Positions 34,153-43,861 of a stretch of 64,000 nucleotides of DNA are shown piece after piece. A program made the translations under genes and the position numbers. Position 1 is the stretch's first letter, and each line of letters starts with the position of its first letter. This DNA is from Treponemataceae bacterium (GTDB taxonomy: Bacteria > Spirochaetota > Spirochaetia > Treponematales > Treponemataceae), in NCBI GenBank assembly GCA_045599185.1, contig JAZRVO010000021.1, forward strand, positions 11,282 to 75,281, in the 5' to 3' direction. The notes beneath the pieces are model-generated. The model searched no databases. It was not told the DNA's origin and saw only the letters and a list, made by a program, of their open reading frames with translations.

Positions 34153-36510
34153 TTATTTCTTGTTTTTAATCATATCACCAAGTGTGAATGAACCTTCATC
34201 CTCATCCTGGTTAGATGACATATAGCGTTCCATTTCTTCACGTTCACGCTGGCGTTTAATGTCGCGTACAGAGAAAGAAACTTTCTGTTTCTCCGGCAGA
34301 ACATCAACAACAAATACACTGATTTTGTCGCCAACTTTGTATTTTGTAACAGCTTCTTCGTAAGAAACTTCGCGGTCTTCTGAAAGATTAGCCTTGTTGA
34401 TAAGACCTTCAATTCCACCAGGTGCGCGTACAAATACACCAAAGTCTGTAATTGAAACGATTTCACCTTCAAGAATTGATCCGTGGTGGTATTCCTTGCA
34501 GAAATCTTTCCATGGGTCATCAAAAAGCTGTTTAACGCCCAAGCGAATGCGGTGCTGTTCAGGGTCGCTTTCAAGAACAACTGTTTCAATTTCTTTGCCA
34601 ACAGAAAGTTCGCTACCCGGATGCTTGATTTTCTTTGTCCAAGAAAGATCATCAACGCTTAAATAACCGTCAATGCCTTCTTCGATTTCAACAAATGCAC
34701 CACTGTTAGTGATTTTTGCAACTTTACCAGTAATTTTTGTTCCAACTGGATATTTGTTACCGATTTCGTCCCATGGGTTTGCAGTAACCTGTTTAAGACC
34801 CAAAGAAACGCGACCAGCCTGAATGTCATAACCAAGAATCATGCATTCAATTTCATCACCAATTTTAACGACATCTTCCGGCTTGCTGATTTTTTTAACC
34901 CAAGAGAATTCACTGATGTGTGCGAGACCTTCAATTCCTTCTTCAAGTTCAATAAATGCACCAAAGTCAGTAAGTTTTGTAACTTTACCTTTTACAACGT
35001 CATCAACATGGTATTTATCTTCAAAATGCAACCATGGATCTTCGCTGAAATGTTTCAAAGAAAGATTGATGCGTTTGTCATTCGGATCAAGACGGATAAC
35101 TTTAAGTTCAATTTCCTGACCTTTCTTAACGAAATCTTTAGGACGTGTTACGTGTCCCCAGCTCATGTCATTGATATGGAGCAATCCGTCGAAACCACCC
35201 AAATCAATAAAAGCACCAAAGCTTGTAAAGCTTTTTACTTCACCTTTTACAGTGTCGCCAATCTTAACATTGTTGAAAAATGCTTCACGGTTAGTTTCAA
35301 TTGATTCTTCAAGATATTTACGGCGGCTAACAACGATATTAACCTTATTATCTGAATACATGCGATCAATGTAGAACTTGCTTTTTACGCCGATAAGTTT
35401 TTCCGGACGGTCAACTTTCTGGCTGTCTGACTGGCTGATTGGCAAAAATGCCTTTGCACAACCACACAAGTTAACTTCAAAGCCGCCTTTAACCTGCTTT
35501 TCAATTACGCCGTCAACTGCTGTTTTATCTTGAAATGCCTGACGAAGCAATTTTTTAGAAGCCTGAATATCGGCTTTCTGTTTTGAAACGATAACTTCGC
35601 CATGTTTGCTTTCTTTCTGAACAAGAACAACGTTAACTTTATCACCGATTTTCGGCACTGCCGAAAACTCCGAAATCGAGATTTTACCTTCTGATTTTAA
35701 TCCCACATCAAGGAACACCTGATCGCTTGTAACCTGGATAACTTCGCCTTCTACCAGCTGTCCCTCTTCAAGTGATTCGAGACTTTTCAGATACTCTTCC
35801 TGTAATTGTGTTTGAACGTTACTCTTGGAGTCCTGAGATTCATTCATTTCCACATCCTTCTCTGCCATATTAAACCCTTGTATATGAATTTTATTTATTA
35901 TTATCTCACAAACCTGTTCTATCGTCAAGTCTGATGTATCAATATACACTGCGTCATCTGCTTTTTTTAATGCGCCAACCGCTTTCTTTTTATCAAGTTC
36001 GTCGCGTTCCTTAATTTTCTGCTTGATTTCTTCTAGCGTCAGGTCAGAAACACCCTGATTGAAACGCCGCAAAGCCTGAACTTCGATGGAAGCATCAAGA
36101 TAGAACTTGTGTTCGGCATCGGGAAAAACAACAGTCGTAATATCCCGGCCTTCGCAGATTATGTTCAATTTAGAAGCCAGCGCCCGAACTTTCATATTTA
36201 CAATGTCGCGAATTTGGGAAATTGACGACACCTGCGAAACCTTTCCGTCAATTTCATCAGTGTGAAGCAAATCTTCAACATCGTTTCCCTGCAAAAAAAG
36301 CCGGCTGTTTCTGTAATCAATCGAAAGCTTTTCAGCGTGGGCAATCAATTCAGCTTCATTCTGAATGTTTATGCCGTTTTTTAAGGCTGAAAGCGTAATC
36401 GCCCTGTAAAAACTGCCGGAATTAACAAAAGTAAGGGAAAGCCTGTCTGCAATCAAATGCGCAATCGTACTTTTGCCTGTTCCAGCAGGTCCGTCTATTG
36501 CAACAACCAT
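34153..36510 (-). CDS. cmk-rpsA: bifunctional cytidylate kinase / 30S ribosomal protein S1
   Basis: 785-aa ORF. The N-terminal Cmk part has IAIDGPAGTGKST-type VVAIDGPAGTGKST. It is followed by six S1 (OB-fold) repeats (e.g. GEVIQVTSDQVFLDVG, GEVKSFTSFGAFIDLGG, GKVTKLTDFGAFIELEEG). Confidence 0.95.
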   Translation of the reverse strand: MVVAIDGPAGTGKSTIAHLIADRLSLTFVNSGSFYRAITLSALKNGINIQNEAELIAHAEKLSIDYRNSRLFLQGNDVEDLLHTDEIDGKVSQVSSISQIRDIVNMKVRALASKLNIICEGRDITTVVFPDAEHKFYLDASIEVQALRRFNQGVSDLTLEEIKQKIKERDELDKKKAVGALKKADDAVYIDTSDLTIEQVCEIIINKIHIQGFNMAEKDVEMNESQDSKSNVQTQLQEEYLKSLESLEEGQLVEGEVIQVTSDQVFLDVGLKSEGKISISEFSAVPKIGDKVNVVLVQKESKHGEVIVSKQKADIQASKKLLRQAFQDKTAVDGVIEKQVKGGFEVNLCGCAKAFLPISQSDSQKVDRPEKLIGVKSKFYIDRMYSDNKVNIVVSRRKYLEESIETNREAFFNNVKIGDTVKGEVKSFTSFGAFIDLGGFDGLLHINDMSWGHVTRPKDFVKKGQEIELKVIRLDPNDKRINLSLKHFSEDPWLHFEDKYHVDDVVKGKVTKLTDFGAFIELEEGIEGLAHISEFSWVKKISKPEDVVKIGDEIECMILGYDIQAGRVSLGLKQVTANPWDEIGNKYPVGTKITGKVAKITNSGAFVEIEEGIDGYLSVDDLSWTKKIKHPGSELSVGKEIETVVLESDPEQHRIRLGVKQLFDDPWKDFCKEYHHGSILEGEIVSITDFGVFVRAPGGIEGLINKANLSEDREVSYEEAVTKYKVGDKISVFVVDVLPEKQKVSFSVRDIKRQREREEMERYMSSNQDEDEGSFTLGDMIKNKK

Positions 36511-36577
36511 TTATTTCTCCGTTTTTCTTCTATAATAAACACAGTTCTGCTTAAAATCTTTGCAAAAAACTGAACTT

Positions 36578-37810
36578 TTAATAGTAATGCTTATCGTCGT
36601 CTTCAATTTTTGAAGATTCAGACGGGCTTACCCTTTCAGCAGTTTCTGCTTTTTCAGCCGGCTTACGAATAAACAGGCTTGCCGAACTTGCACCAGTATC
36701 CGCATGTTCTGAAAATTCAAATTTTTCAGTTTTTTCTTCACTGCGTTCATGGCGGCGCGGCGGCAATTCCTTTCTGCGCAGACAAAGTTCAAGCAAATCG
36801 TTAACTTCGTCCTGACTCAGTTCTCGGAACTGACCGTCACCCAACTCTTCACCAAGGGCATTTTTTGTTGTTAAATTGCCAATGCGAACACGCACCAGCG
36901 ACTTAACGCGCATGTCAAAACTTTCCAGCACGCGGCGAATTTCACGGTTCTTGCCTTCAATTAGAACAATGCGCATTTTGCGCGAATTTATGCCTTCAGC
37001 AAACTTGCACTTGTAAAAAACGCCTTCAACGCGCACGCCTTTCATAAATTTTTCAGGCAGGCTGCGCGGATACGGCAGGCTGGTTTCTACGATGTATTCC
37101 TTTTCCAGCTCTGCGGAAGGATGGGAAACTTTCGCCGCAAAATTACCGTCATTGGTAAAAATAATCAGGCCGCTAGAAAACATATCCAGACGACCAACAT
37201 TATAAAGGCGTTCGTCAAAATGTTCTTTCAGCAGGTCAGACGCAACAGCGCGGCCTTTTTCGTCATACAAAGAACAAACGTAGCCAATCGGTTTATTGAG
37301 CAAAACGTAGCGTTTGGTTTCTTCAGCTTTAAGAATTTTGCCGTCAACCATAATCTGGTCTTCGGCGGTAACTTTTGTGCCAAGTTCAGTTACGGTTTCG
37401 CCGTTTACCTGCACACGGCCTGCAAGAATGAATTCTTCGCAGGCACGGCGGCTGGCCAAACCACTGCGCGCCAGTGCAAGCTGAAGGCGCATCGGGCCGT
37501 TTTCATTATTGCCCAGAATATCGGAATTTTCAGCACGCCTGAAATCCTTTCTGTACTGCTTGTAATTAATCGTTTTTTCAGCCTGTCTGTAACTTTCGCG
37601 GTTTTCATTCTGGTGTGCATGATGATATTTTTCACGGCTTCCGCCGTTCTGATAAAAATCATCATCTTTTTTAAAATGTTCGTCTCTCTTAAAATCACGG
37701 GAACGCGGACTTTTTTTAGCGCCAGTCCTGAAATCAAATTTGTTAAATCGTTTATCTTGCAAGTTCAAATCTCTCACTTTCGGTTTCATCAAGTTTTGGA
37801 AGATCAGCAA
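36578..37810 (-). CDS. rluB: 23S rRNA pseudouridine synthase RluB-type, with basic N- and C-terminal extensions
   Basis: S4 domain (MRLQLALARSGLASRRACEEFILAGRVQVNG) and RsuA/RluB core (LLNKPIGYVCS, GRLDMFSSGLIIFTNDG). The start is uncertain because the ORF overlaps the scpB 3' end. Confidence 0.85.
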   Translation of the reverse strand: MLIFQNLMKPKVRDLNLQDKRFNKFDFRTGAKKSPRSRDFKRDEHFKKDDDFYQNGGSREKYHHAHQNENRESYRQAEKTINYKQYRKDFRRAENSDILGNNENGPMRLQLALARSGLASRRACEEFILAGRVQVNGETVTELGTKVTAEDQIMVDGKILKAEETKRYVLLNKPIGYVCSLYDEKGRAVASDLLKEHFDERLYNVGRLDMFSSGLIIFTNDGNFAAKVSHPSAELEKEYIVETSLPYPRSLPEKFMKGVRVEGVFYKCKFAEGINSRKMRIVLIEGKNREIRRVLESFDMRVKSLVRVRIGNLTTKNALGEELGDGQFRELSQDEVNDLLELCLRRKELPPRRHERSEEKTEKFEFSEHADTGASSASLFIRKPAEKAETAERVSPSESSKIEDDDKHYY

Positions 37811-38297
37811 TGCTGTTCATTCTGAAGAATTTCAAGAATTCTTTCGTAGTTCCATATTGGGAAGGTTTTCCGGGCACGTCTTTTTTGCCCACTTCCTTAA
37901 TCAGTGTTCGTTCGTGCAAAAGCCGAATCATATTATCAACCGAAACACCGCGAATTGCTTCAATTTCGGCACGGGTGATGGGCTGTTTATAGGCAATGAT
38001 TGACAGCGTTTCCATTGCCGCCTTGGAAAGCCGGTTGTCATTTTTCTTGCCGTAACGGTCTTTCAAAAATTCCCAAAGTTCTTCTTTAGGGCTTATTATC
38101 CAGCCGCCGCTAATCTGCACTAAAGAAACACCAGAATCGTCAGAACGGTATTTTTCCTGCAAATTTTCAACGGCAGCTTCTACAACTTCAAGGCCAAGGT
38201 TAGAAATTTTAGACAAAGCCTGACAATCAAGCGGCTCGCTTTCAAGATAGAAAATCGCTTCTATCAAAGCGGTTTCTCTTTGCAAATCAACTTCCAT
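37752..38297 (-). CDS. scpB: segregation and condensation protein B
   Basis: 181-aa ORF with IEAIFYLESEPL and LSKAAMETLSIIAYKQPITRAEIEAIRGV. Confidence 0.9.
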   Translation of the reverse strand: MEVDLQRETALIEAIFYLESEPLDCQALSKISNLGLEVVEAAVENLQEKYRSDDSGVSLVQISGGWIISPKEELWEFLKDRYGKKNDNRLSKAAMETLSIIAYKQPITRAEIEAIRGVSVDNMIRLLHERTLIKEVGKKDVPGKPSQYGTTKEFLKFFRMNSIADLPKLDETESERFELAR

Positions 38298-38299
38298 TT

Positions 38300-39049
38300 T
38301 TAACTCTCAAACGGCTTAATTTTTATGTCGCCAAACAGTTTATTTTGGTAAATGCAGGCAATTTTTTGTTTTACGGCTTCCAGAATTGCCATAAATGCGC
38401 AAACTACGTCCAGAAGGCTTTTTTCACGGACAATCAAATCGGTAAAATAGCACTCGCCTTTGTTTTCAAAAAATTCGCTCATCAGCGTAATTTTTTCGCT
38501 GGTGGTAATTTCTTCACGCATATCAAGAATTTTTTCAGCAGAAAAGGCTGAAATCAAATCAGAAAAAACTTTCAGCAAATCCCAGGTATCAACCTGTTCC
38601 CAAAGTTCTTCCTCTTCAAACGGAAGAATGCGCTGAATTTTCCGCCTTTCAATGCTCCACTCCGCTTCTTCTTCCTTTCGTTCCATCAGTTCAGAAAGTT
38701 TCTTGAACTTCTGGTATTCAATAAGCTTGTCAACAAGTTCCTGACGCGGGTCTTCAATTTCTTCATCATCAAAAGTAACTTCAACCGGCAAAAGCATGCG
38801 CGACTTTATGTGCAGCAAGTCTGCCGCCAAAGAATAAAAATCGGTCAGATTATCCAGATCAGTGCTCACTGCATAGTCAAGATAGTCAAGATACTGCTCA
38901 GTAATTTCGCCAACCGGAATGTCGTAAATATTTATTTCGTTTTTCTTTATAAGAAAAAGCAGCAAGTCCAAAGGCCCTTCAAACTTGCCTAACTTGAACT
39001 TTGTACCGTCGTCAACTGTTTCAGTCAACTCTTCCTGTGCTGTTTCCAT
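38300..39049 (-). CDS. scpA: segregation and condensation protein A
   Basis: FEGPLDLLLFLIKKNEINIYDIPVGEITEQYLDYL. I set the start at the ATG (METAQEE) rather than the upstream ORF-track start at 39121, which lies inside folK. Confidence 0.9.
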   Translation of the reverse strand: METAQEELTETVDDGTKFKLGKFEGPLDLLLFLIKKNEINIYDIPVGEITEQYLDYLDYAVSTDLDNLTDFYSLAADLLHIKSRMLLPVEVTFDDEEIEDPRQELVDKLIEYQKFKKLSELMERKEEEAEWSIERRKIQRILPFEEEELWEQVDTWDLLKVFSDLISAFSAEKILDMREEITTSEKITLMSEFFENKGECYFTDLIVREKSLLDVVCAFMAILEAVKQKIACIYQNKLFGDIKIKPFES

Positions 39050-39558
39050 AATTCCACACCTTGATCGCCTAAACCGGCCAATATTTGGGAATATTTTTGC
39101 CCCGTTATAGGGTCGGCACATTCCGGCAAAATCTCAAGCAAAGGCACCAGCACAAACTGACGTTCGTGCATCAGGTAATGTGGAATTATCAGCGGTTTCC
39201 GGCAATTTTCTTCACGAATTATTTCATTGCCGAAAAGTTCTATATCAATATCAAGTGTTCTTGGACCTTTTTCTACAACATTCAGCCGCACGCGACCAAA
39301 AGAATTTTCTATGGACTGGCAAACTTCCAGAAGTTCACGCGCACTGCCCTGCCATTCGCCGCAAACCGCCATGTTCAAAAAATCTGCCTGATTTTCTACA
39401 TAGCGCGCTTTTGTTTTATAAATGGAAGAACAGCGCAAATTGGCAAGAACTTCGCTTAATTTAACGCACGCCGCATCCAAAACTGCGTTGCACTGCATCA
39501 GGCTGCCATCGCTTTTTACAAACGGCAAGTTAGAACCAAGTCCAAGAACAGCTAGCAT
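39025..39558 (-). CDS. folK: 2-amino-4-hydroxy-6-hydroxymethyldihydropteridine diphosphokinase
   Basis: 177-aa ORF with LGLGSNL, PRTLDIDIELFG and IPHYLMHERQFVLVPLLEI. Its ATG overlaps the recA stop (TGATG). Confidence 0.9.
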   Translation of the reverse strand: MLAVLGLGSNLPFVKSDGSLMQCNAVLDAACVKLSEVLANLRCSSIYKTKARYVENQADFLNMAVCGEWQGSARELLEVCQSIENSFGRVRLNVVEKGPRTLDIDIELFGNEIIREENCRKPLIIPHYLMHERQFVLVPLLEILPECADPITGQKYSQILAGLGDQGVELWKQHRKS

Positions 39559-40778
39559 CAGAACAATTCCTCTGGTGGCAAAGGCTTTTTACCGATTGTT
39601 TCTTTTGCAGGTGCAGCCGCAGGTTTTGCAGCGGCTTTTGCTTTTGCTGCATCAGAATCAGCAGAAACGCCTACGCTGATTTTATCATCAGCAGGTTTTG
39701 CACCTGTTTTTTCAGCATTTTTAATGCTCTGTCCGGGGAAAAGTTTTGTACGGATTTCCGTTTCAATTTTCTGGCGGAATTCGGCATTGCTTTCCAAAAA
39801 TGCCAGGGCATTTTCACGTCCCTGTCCGATTTTTTCATCGCCAACAGAGAACCATGCACCGCTTTTTTTGATTATTTCGTGCTTAACGGCTGCATCAAGC
39901 AGGCTGGAAGTTGCAGAAATACCTTTACCGAAGAAAATATCCAGTTCAATTTTGCGGAAAGGCGGCGCAACCTTGTTTTTTACAACCTTTACGCGTACGC
40001 GGTTACCAACTGCATCTTCTTCGCCCTTTACTTCAATTGACTCAATGCGGCGAACGTCAAGACGAACAGAAGTATAAAATTTAAGTGCGTTACCACCGGT
40101 TGTAGTTTCCGGGTTACCGAACATTACACCAATCTTCATGCGAATCTGGTTAATGAAAATTACGAGACAGTTGCTTTTGCCGACAATTGCAGTAAGTTTA
40201 CGCAATGCCTGACTCATCAAACGTGCCTGCAAGCCCATCTGTGATTCACCCATTTCGCCTTCAATTTCTTTCTGCGGCGTTAAGGCTGCAACCGAGTCGA
40301 TGACGATAATGTCAACCGCGCCGGAACGCACAAGATTTTCACAAATTTCAAGTGCCTGTTCACCTGTATCCGGCTGAGACACCCACAGATTGTCAATGTC
40401 TACGCCAAGATTTTTTGCATATACAGGGTCAAGGGCGTGTTCAGCATCGATGAATGCAGCAATTCCGTTCAATTTTTGTGATTCGGCAATTGCATGCAGC
40501 GCCAGAGTTGTATTACCAGAAGATTCTGGACCGTAAATTTCAATAATACGGCCGCGGGGATAACCGCCAATACCAAGTGCTTCATCCAGAAGAATGGAAC
40601 CTGAAGGTATTACGTCAATTCCAGCTGCATCGGCATGGGTACCAAGCTTCATCAAAGAACCCTGTCCAAATTGCTTCTCAATTTGCAAGCGCGCAGCTTC
40701 CAAAGCTTTCATTTTTTCCGACATGTCTGCCGGATTTTCTGTTTCAACAGTCATTTTTGCCACCTTTTCCTCCCACAC
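39558..40778 (-). CDS. recA: recombinase RecA with ~55-aa Ala/Lys/Pro-rich C-terminal tail
   Basis: Canonical core ([65 protein letters not shown]). 406 aa in total. Confidence 0.98.
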   Translation of the reverse strand: MWEEKVAKMTVETENPADMSEKMKALEAARLQIEKQFGQGSLMKLGTHADAAGIDVIPSGSILLDEALGIGGYPRGRIIEIYGPESSGNTTLALHAIAESQKLNGIAAFIDAEHALDPVYAKNLGVDIDNLWVSQPDTGEQALEICENLVRSGAVDIIVIDSVAALTPQKEIEGEMGESQMGLQARLMSQALRKLTAIVGKSNCLVIFINQIRMKIGVMFGNPETTTGGNALKFYTSVRLDVRRIESIEVKGEEDAVGNRVRVKVVKNKVAPPFRKIELDIFFGKGISATSSLLDAAVKHEIIKKSGAWFSVGDEKIGQGRENALAFLESNAEFRQKIETEIRTKLFPGQSIKNAEKTGAKPADDKISVGVSADSDAAKAKAAAKPAAAPAKETIGKKPLPPEELF

Positions 40779-40880
40779 AGTAATAAATTAGGTGCAAATA
40801 AAAAATTTTAGCAATTTTTGCAAAAAAACATCATTATTTTAAAAACATTTTAAATTAGAACGGTATTTTAAGCGAACAAA

Positions 40881-42011
40881 TTATTTCAGTTCACCCTGAA
40901 TTGGCTGATAAACAGTTTTACCGTGCAAAACAATTTTAGTGCCCACAAAATCAATTCTGCCTAAAATCTGCAAAGGCCGTTCAGGGTCAATGTGCGTAGG
41001 CTTGTCTACTACAAGCGAAACAATGCCGTCAATACGAGACATGGTTTCATAGCCGATAACAAAATCGCACATATACTGGTATTCGTCTTCAACTACGTTT
41101 GCAACACGACCACTCCAGACAACCCAGCAGTCCTGATACAGATACGGCGTTTCAGAAACCTGCGCATAAGTAAAATTATCCTGAGCATTGTCCTTAACCG
41201 TTTCAAAGTCAGGTTCCTGCACAAAAGCCTGCAAATCAAGCATCTTAGACTTAATTGCACTGGATGCGTTTGAATTAAGCACACGGTTAATTTCAACAAT
41301 AGCCGCATTGTCACGGTGTTTCTGAAAATAATCAATGGCTTTATCGTGAGAATTAGTAATTTCTGAAGAAGTCAAAATAAGATTGTGGATTCCGCCCTTA
41401 ACGTCAATCGGATTCCGTTTTTCATCACCGGAAAGTTCCAGATGGCTTAAATCGGCACGCTGCGGCTTGTTACTGCTGATGTAACGTCCCAAAAGCACAC
41501 TGAAAAATATCAGCAGTACAACAGCACATGTCCATACCACCGGCATTACAGGAAAATAAAAACCTGTATCAGGATAGAATTTCTTTATTTTTCCGTTGGA
41601 AACCCACTGAGAAATTGTAGAAATGTCGCCATTTTTGCGGATAAAAGTCATCGCACGCTTGGCAACCTTGTTCTGTGGTTCAAACTCTAAAACTTCAAGG
41701 TAAGTATCAACCGCCTGTGCCGTATCACCACGGCGCAAAAACATTGCAGCCTGCGCAGTAAGCAATTCCGGAGCATCGCTGCGTAAAGTTGCAGCACGCG
41801 TCAAATAATCCTGGGCACCGCCAATATCGCCAGTGTACAAACAGGAAACGCCCAGCATGTAAAAAAACTCAAAAGATTCACGAAAATACATTATCTTTGG
41901 TTCAAGCTGAGTAATAACTGCTGAGAACTTGTGCTGCTGAAACAACTTGCGCTCTTTTCTAAGTTCTTCTTGTCTCGGTTCCTGTACCACCATCTGGCGC
42001 ATTTTGGTCAA
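40881..42011 (-). CDS. TPR-repeat protein with central TM segment
   Basis: 376-aa ORF with N-terminal TPR-like helices (YMLGVSCLYTGDIGGAQDYL, GDTAQAVDTYLEVLEFEPQN), a TM (VVWTCAVVLLIFFSVLLG), and a C-terminal beta-rich domain. Confidence 0.7.
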   Translation of the reverse strand: MTKMRQMVVQEPRQEELRKERKLFQQHKFSAVITQLEPKIMYFRESFEFFYMLGVSCLYTGDIGGAQDYLTRAATLRSDAPELLTAQAAMFLRRGDTAQAVDTYLEVLEFEPQNKVAKRAMTFIRKNGDISTISQWVSNGKIKKFYPDTGFYFPVMPVVWTCAVVLLIFFSVLLGRYISSNKPQRADLSHLELSGDEKRNPIDVKGGIHNLILTSSEITNSHDKAIDYFQKHRDNAAIVEINRVLNSNASSAIKSKMLDLQAFVQEPDFETVKDNAQDNFTYAQVSETPYLYQDCWVVWSGRVANVVEDEYQYMCDFVIGYETMSRIDGIVSLVVDKPTHIDPERPLQILGRIDFVGTKIVLHGKTVYQPIQGELK

Positions 42012-42144
42012 ACTCCATATTTTACGCTTTCATATTTTTAAATAAAATATAAAAAGCTACCATTTAACACGCTTTCACAATTCGTCAATTACAAAAACGT
42101 GAACAGCTGCAGAAAAACTCCATTTTCTCCGCAACCGTTTTGTT

Positions 42145-42846
42145 TTATTTAGAAAGCTGGCTTTCCAGCTCAAAAATTCTTCTTTGATACGCTGCAATTG
42201 CCTGTTCGTAACTGCGGCTTTTCTTTTCATATTCTTCAGCAGCCTTCAGCGATTCTTCATGTGTAATCTTCAAAAGCTGAAGCAATTCTTCTTCGCGCTG
42301 CCGCTGCTGAATAAGTTCAAGCCTGTACAAGCTTGCTTCACGCTTAGGGCTTGCCGCATAATCATCAACAATCATTTTATAAAACAAAGCCGCGCGTTCA
42401 TAGTTTTTATAGCCATACAAACATTCCGCTATCCAGAACAGGGCAAACGAAACCTTTTCGTGGTTCGGATTCGCCTTTACAAAATCGTAAAGCTGCTTTA
42501 TGGCTTCCTCGTTCTGATCCAGCAGATAAAGTGCCCTGCCCCTTTGATAGGCAACTTCCGCACCGTGTTCACTTTTTGCATATTTTGCCAGAAACGCGTT
42601 GCAATCGTTCAGGGCCGAACGGGTTTCGCCAGCACTCATCTGCGCCATAATCAGCCAGAAAAGTGAATCTTCTTCCGAAGCCTGTTTTTCATTACAGGCT
42701 TTCTTAAAAAGCATTATGGCCGTAGCCCAGTCTTCGCCTGCATAAGCTTCAAGTCCGGGCAAAAGTGCATCGTTAAAAGAAGCCTGGGCAAAAACCGGCA
42801 AAAAGCAGGCTAGAACGAACAAAAAACATACAGCTGCCTTTTTCAT
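42145..42846 (-). CDS. secreted TPR-repeat protein with C-terminal coiled coil
   Basis: The start is placed at MKKAAVCFLFVLACFLPVFAQ (signal peptide), whose ATG overlaps the rpe stop (ATGA). TPR-like repeats follow, then a Glu/Gln-rich tail. Confidence 0.75.
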   Translation of the reverse strand: MKKAAVCFLFVLACFLPVFAQASFNDALLPGLEAYAGEDWATAIMLFKKACNEKQASEEDSLFWLIMAQMSAGETRSALNDCNAFLAKYAKSEHGAEVAYQRGRALYLLDQNEEAIKQLYDFVKANPNHEKVSFALFWIAECLYGYKNYERAALFYKMIVDDYAASPKREASLYRLELIQQRQREEELLQLLKITHEESLKAAEEYEKKSRSYEQAIAAYQRRIFELESQLSK

Positions 42847-43481
42847 AGCAAATGCTCCCATTTAAGCGAACCTGAAAAAAATGACGAACCCGAAACAATT
42901 ACGTCAACGCCGGCATCAACAACCGACTTTATCGTTTCATTGTTTATTCCGCCGTCAACTGAAATTTTATAATTATACGAATTTTTCTGCCTGATTTCTG
43001 CAAGCTGTGCTATTTTTTCTACACAGCGAGGAATGAGAACCTGTCCGCCGAAGCCCGGATTTACCGTCATTACCAGAACCAGATCAACATAAGGCAGAAT
43101 TTCTTCAAGCGCACTTACAGGCGTTGAAGGAACGATGCAGATGCCGGCCTTTTTACCCAGCGAATGAATCTGCTGAATAATCCGGTGGTGATGAACCGCT
43201 GCTTCATAATGGAACGTAATCCAGTCCGCACCGGCTTTTGCAAAAGTTTCAATATGATTCTGCGGATTGTCTATCATTAAATGCACGTCAAAATTCAAGC
43301 CGCAGATTTTTCGAATTGCTTCTACCACAGGCTGCCCGAAAGTAATATTGGGCACAAAAGAACCGTCCATAATATCAATATGCACCCACGGTGCGCCGGA
43401 TTCTTCTATTATAGAGAGTGATTTAGCTAAATTAGTGTAATCCGCAGACAAAATTGACGGAGCCAGAACAAATTTACTCAT
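42843..43481 (-). CDS. rpe: ribulose-phosphate 3-epimerase
   Basis: 212-aa ORF with PSILSAD, HIDIMDGSFVPNITFG, DVHLM and MTVNPGFGGQ. Confidence 0.95.
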   Translation of the reverse strand: MSKFVLAPSILSADYTNLAKSLSIIEESGAPWVHIDIMDGSFVPNITFGQPVVEAIRKICGLNFDVHLMIDNPQNHIETFAKAGADWITFHYEAAVHHHRIIQQIHSLGKKAGICIVPSTPVSALEEILPYVDLVLVMTVNPGFGGQVLIPRCVEKIAQLAEIRQKNSYNYKISVDGGINNETIKSVVDAGVDVIVSGSSFFSGSLKWEHLL

Positions 43482-43821
43482 TTGGGTAATAATAACAGAG
43501 TAGTTAAAGTATGTAAATAGAAAAGTTTACATTACAAATACCATTGCCGGTAACAGAACCTGCATAAAGTCGGCAGACTGAATACCGGGTTTTCTGCAAA
43601 AGGTAAAAACATGCGCCAGCCGGCAGGCTTTCTAATGCTTTCAATAAAAATATGCAGAAATTTGCAAACCTTTGAATTCAAGCAAAACCAAGCAAAAACT
43701 GCTGCCTTTAACACGCATTTATTTTAAATTTATTTAAAAAACTTTTTTACAAAAATTACTTGACTAAAAAACCGAGATATATTATAAACAATGCCCTTTT
43801 CTGAAAAAAAATCAAAAACAA

Positions 43822-43849
43822 TTGACTAAAGCATACATTTCTGTATAAT
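43822..43849 (+). promoter_or_regulatory. near-consensus sigma-70-type promoter (TTGACT-16 nt-TATAAT)
   Basis: The -10 ends 12 nt before the ATG at 43862 and no Shine-Dalgarno lies in between. A second candidate, TTGACT-17-TATAAA, lies about 55 nt upstream. Confidence 0.5.
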
Positions 43850-43861
43850 GAAATATAGTCT

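Noticed and set aside
40855-40875. Half-site GGTATTTTAAGCG upstream of recA, resembling the 15.3-kb palindrome
   Set aside because: Only one arm matches (the other arm is 4/8), which is compatible with chance in AT-rich intergenic DNA.
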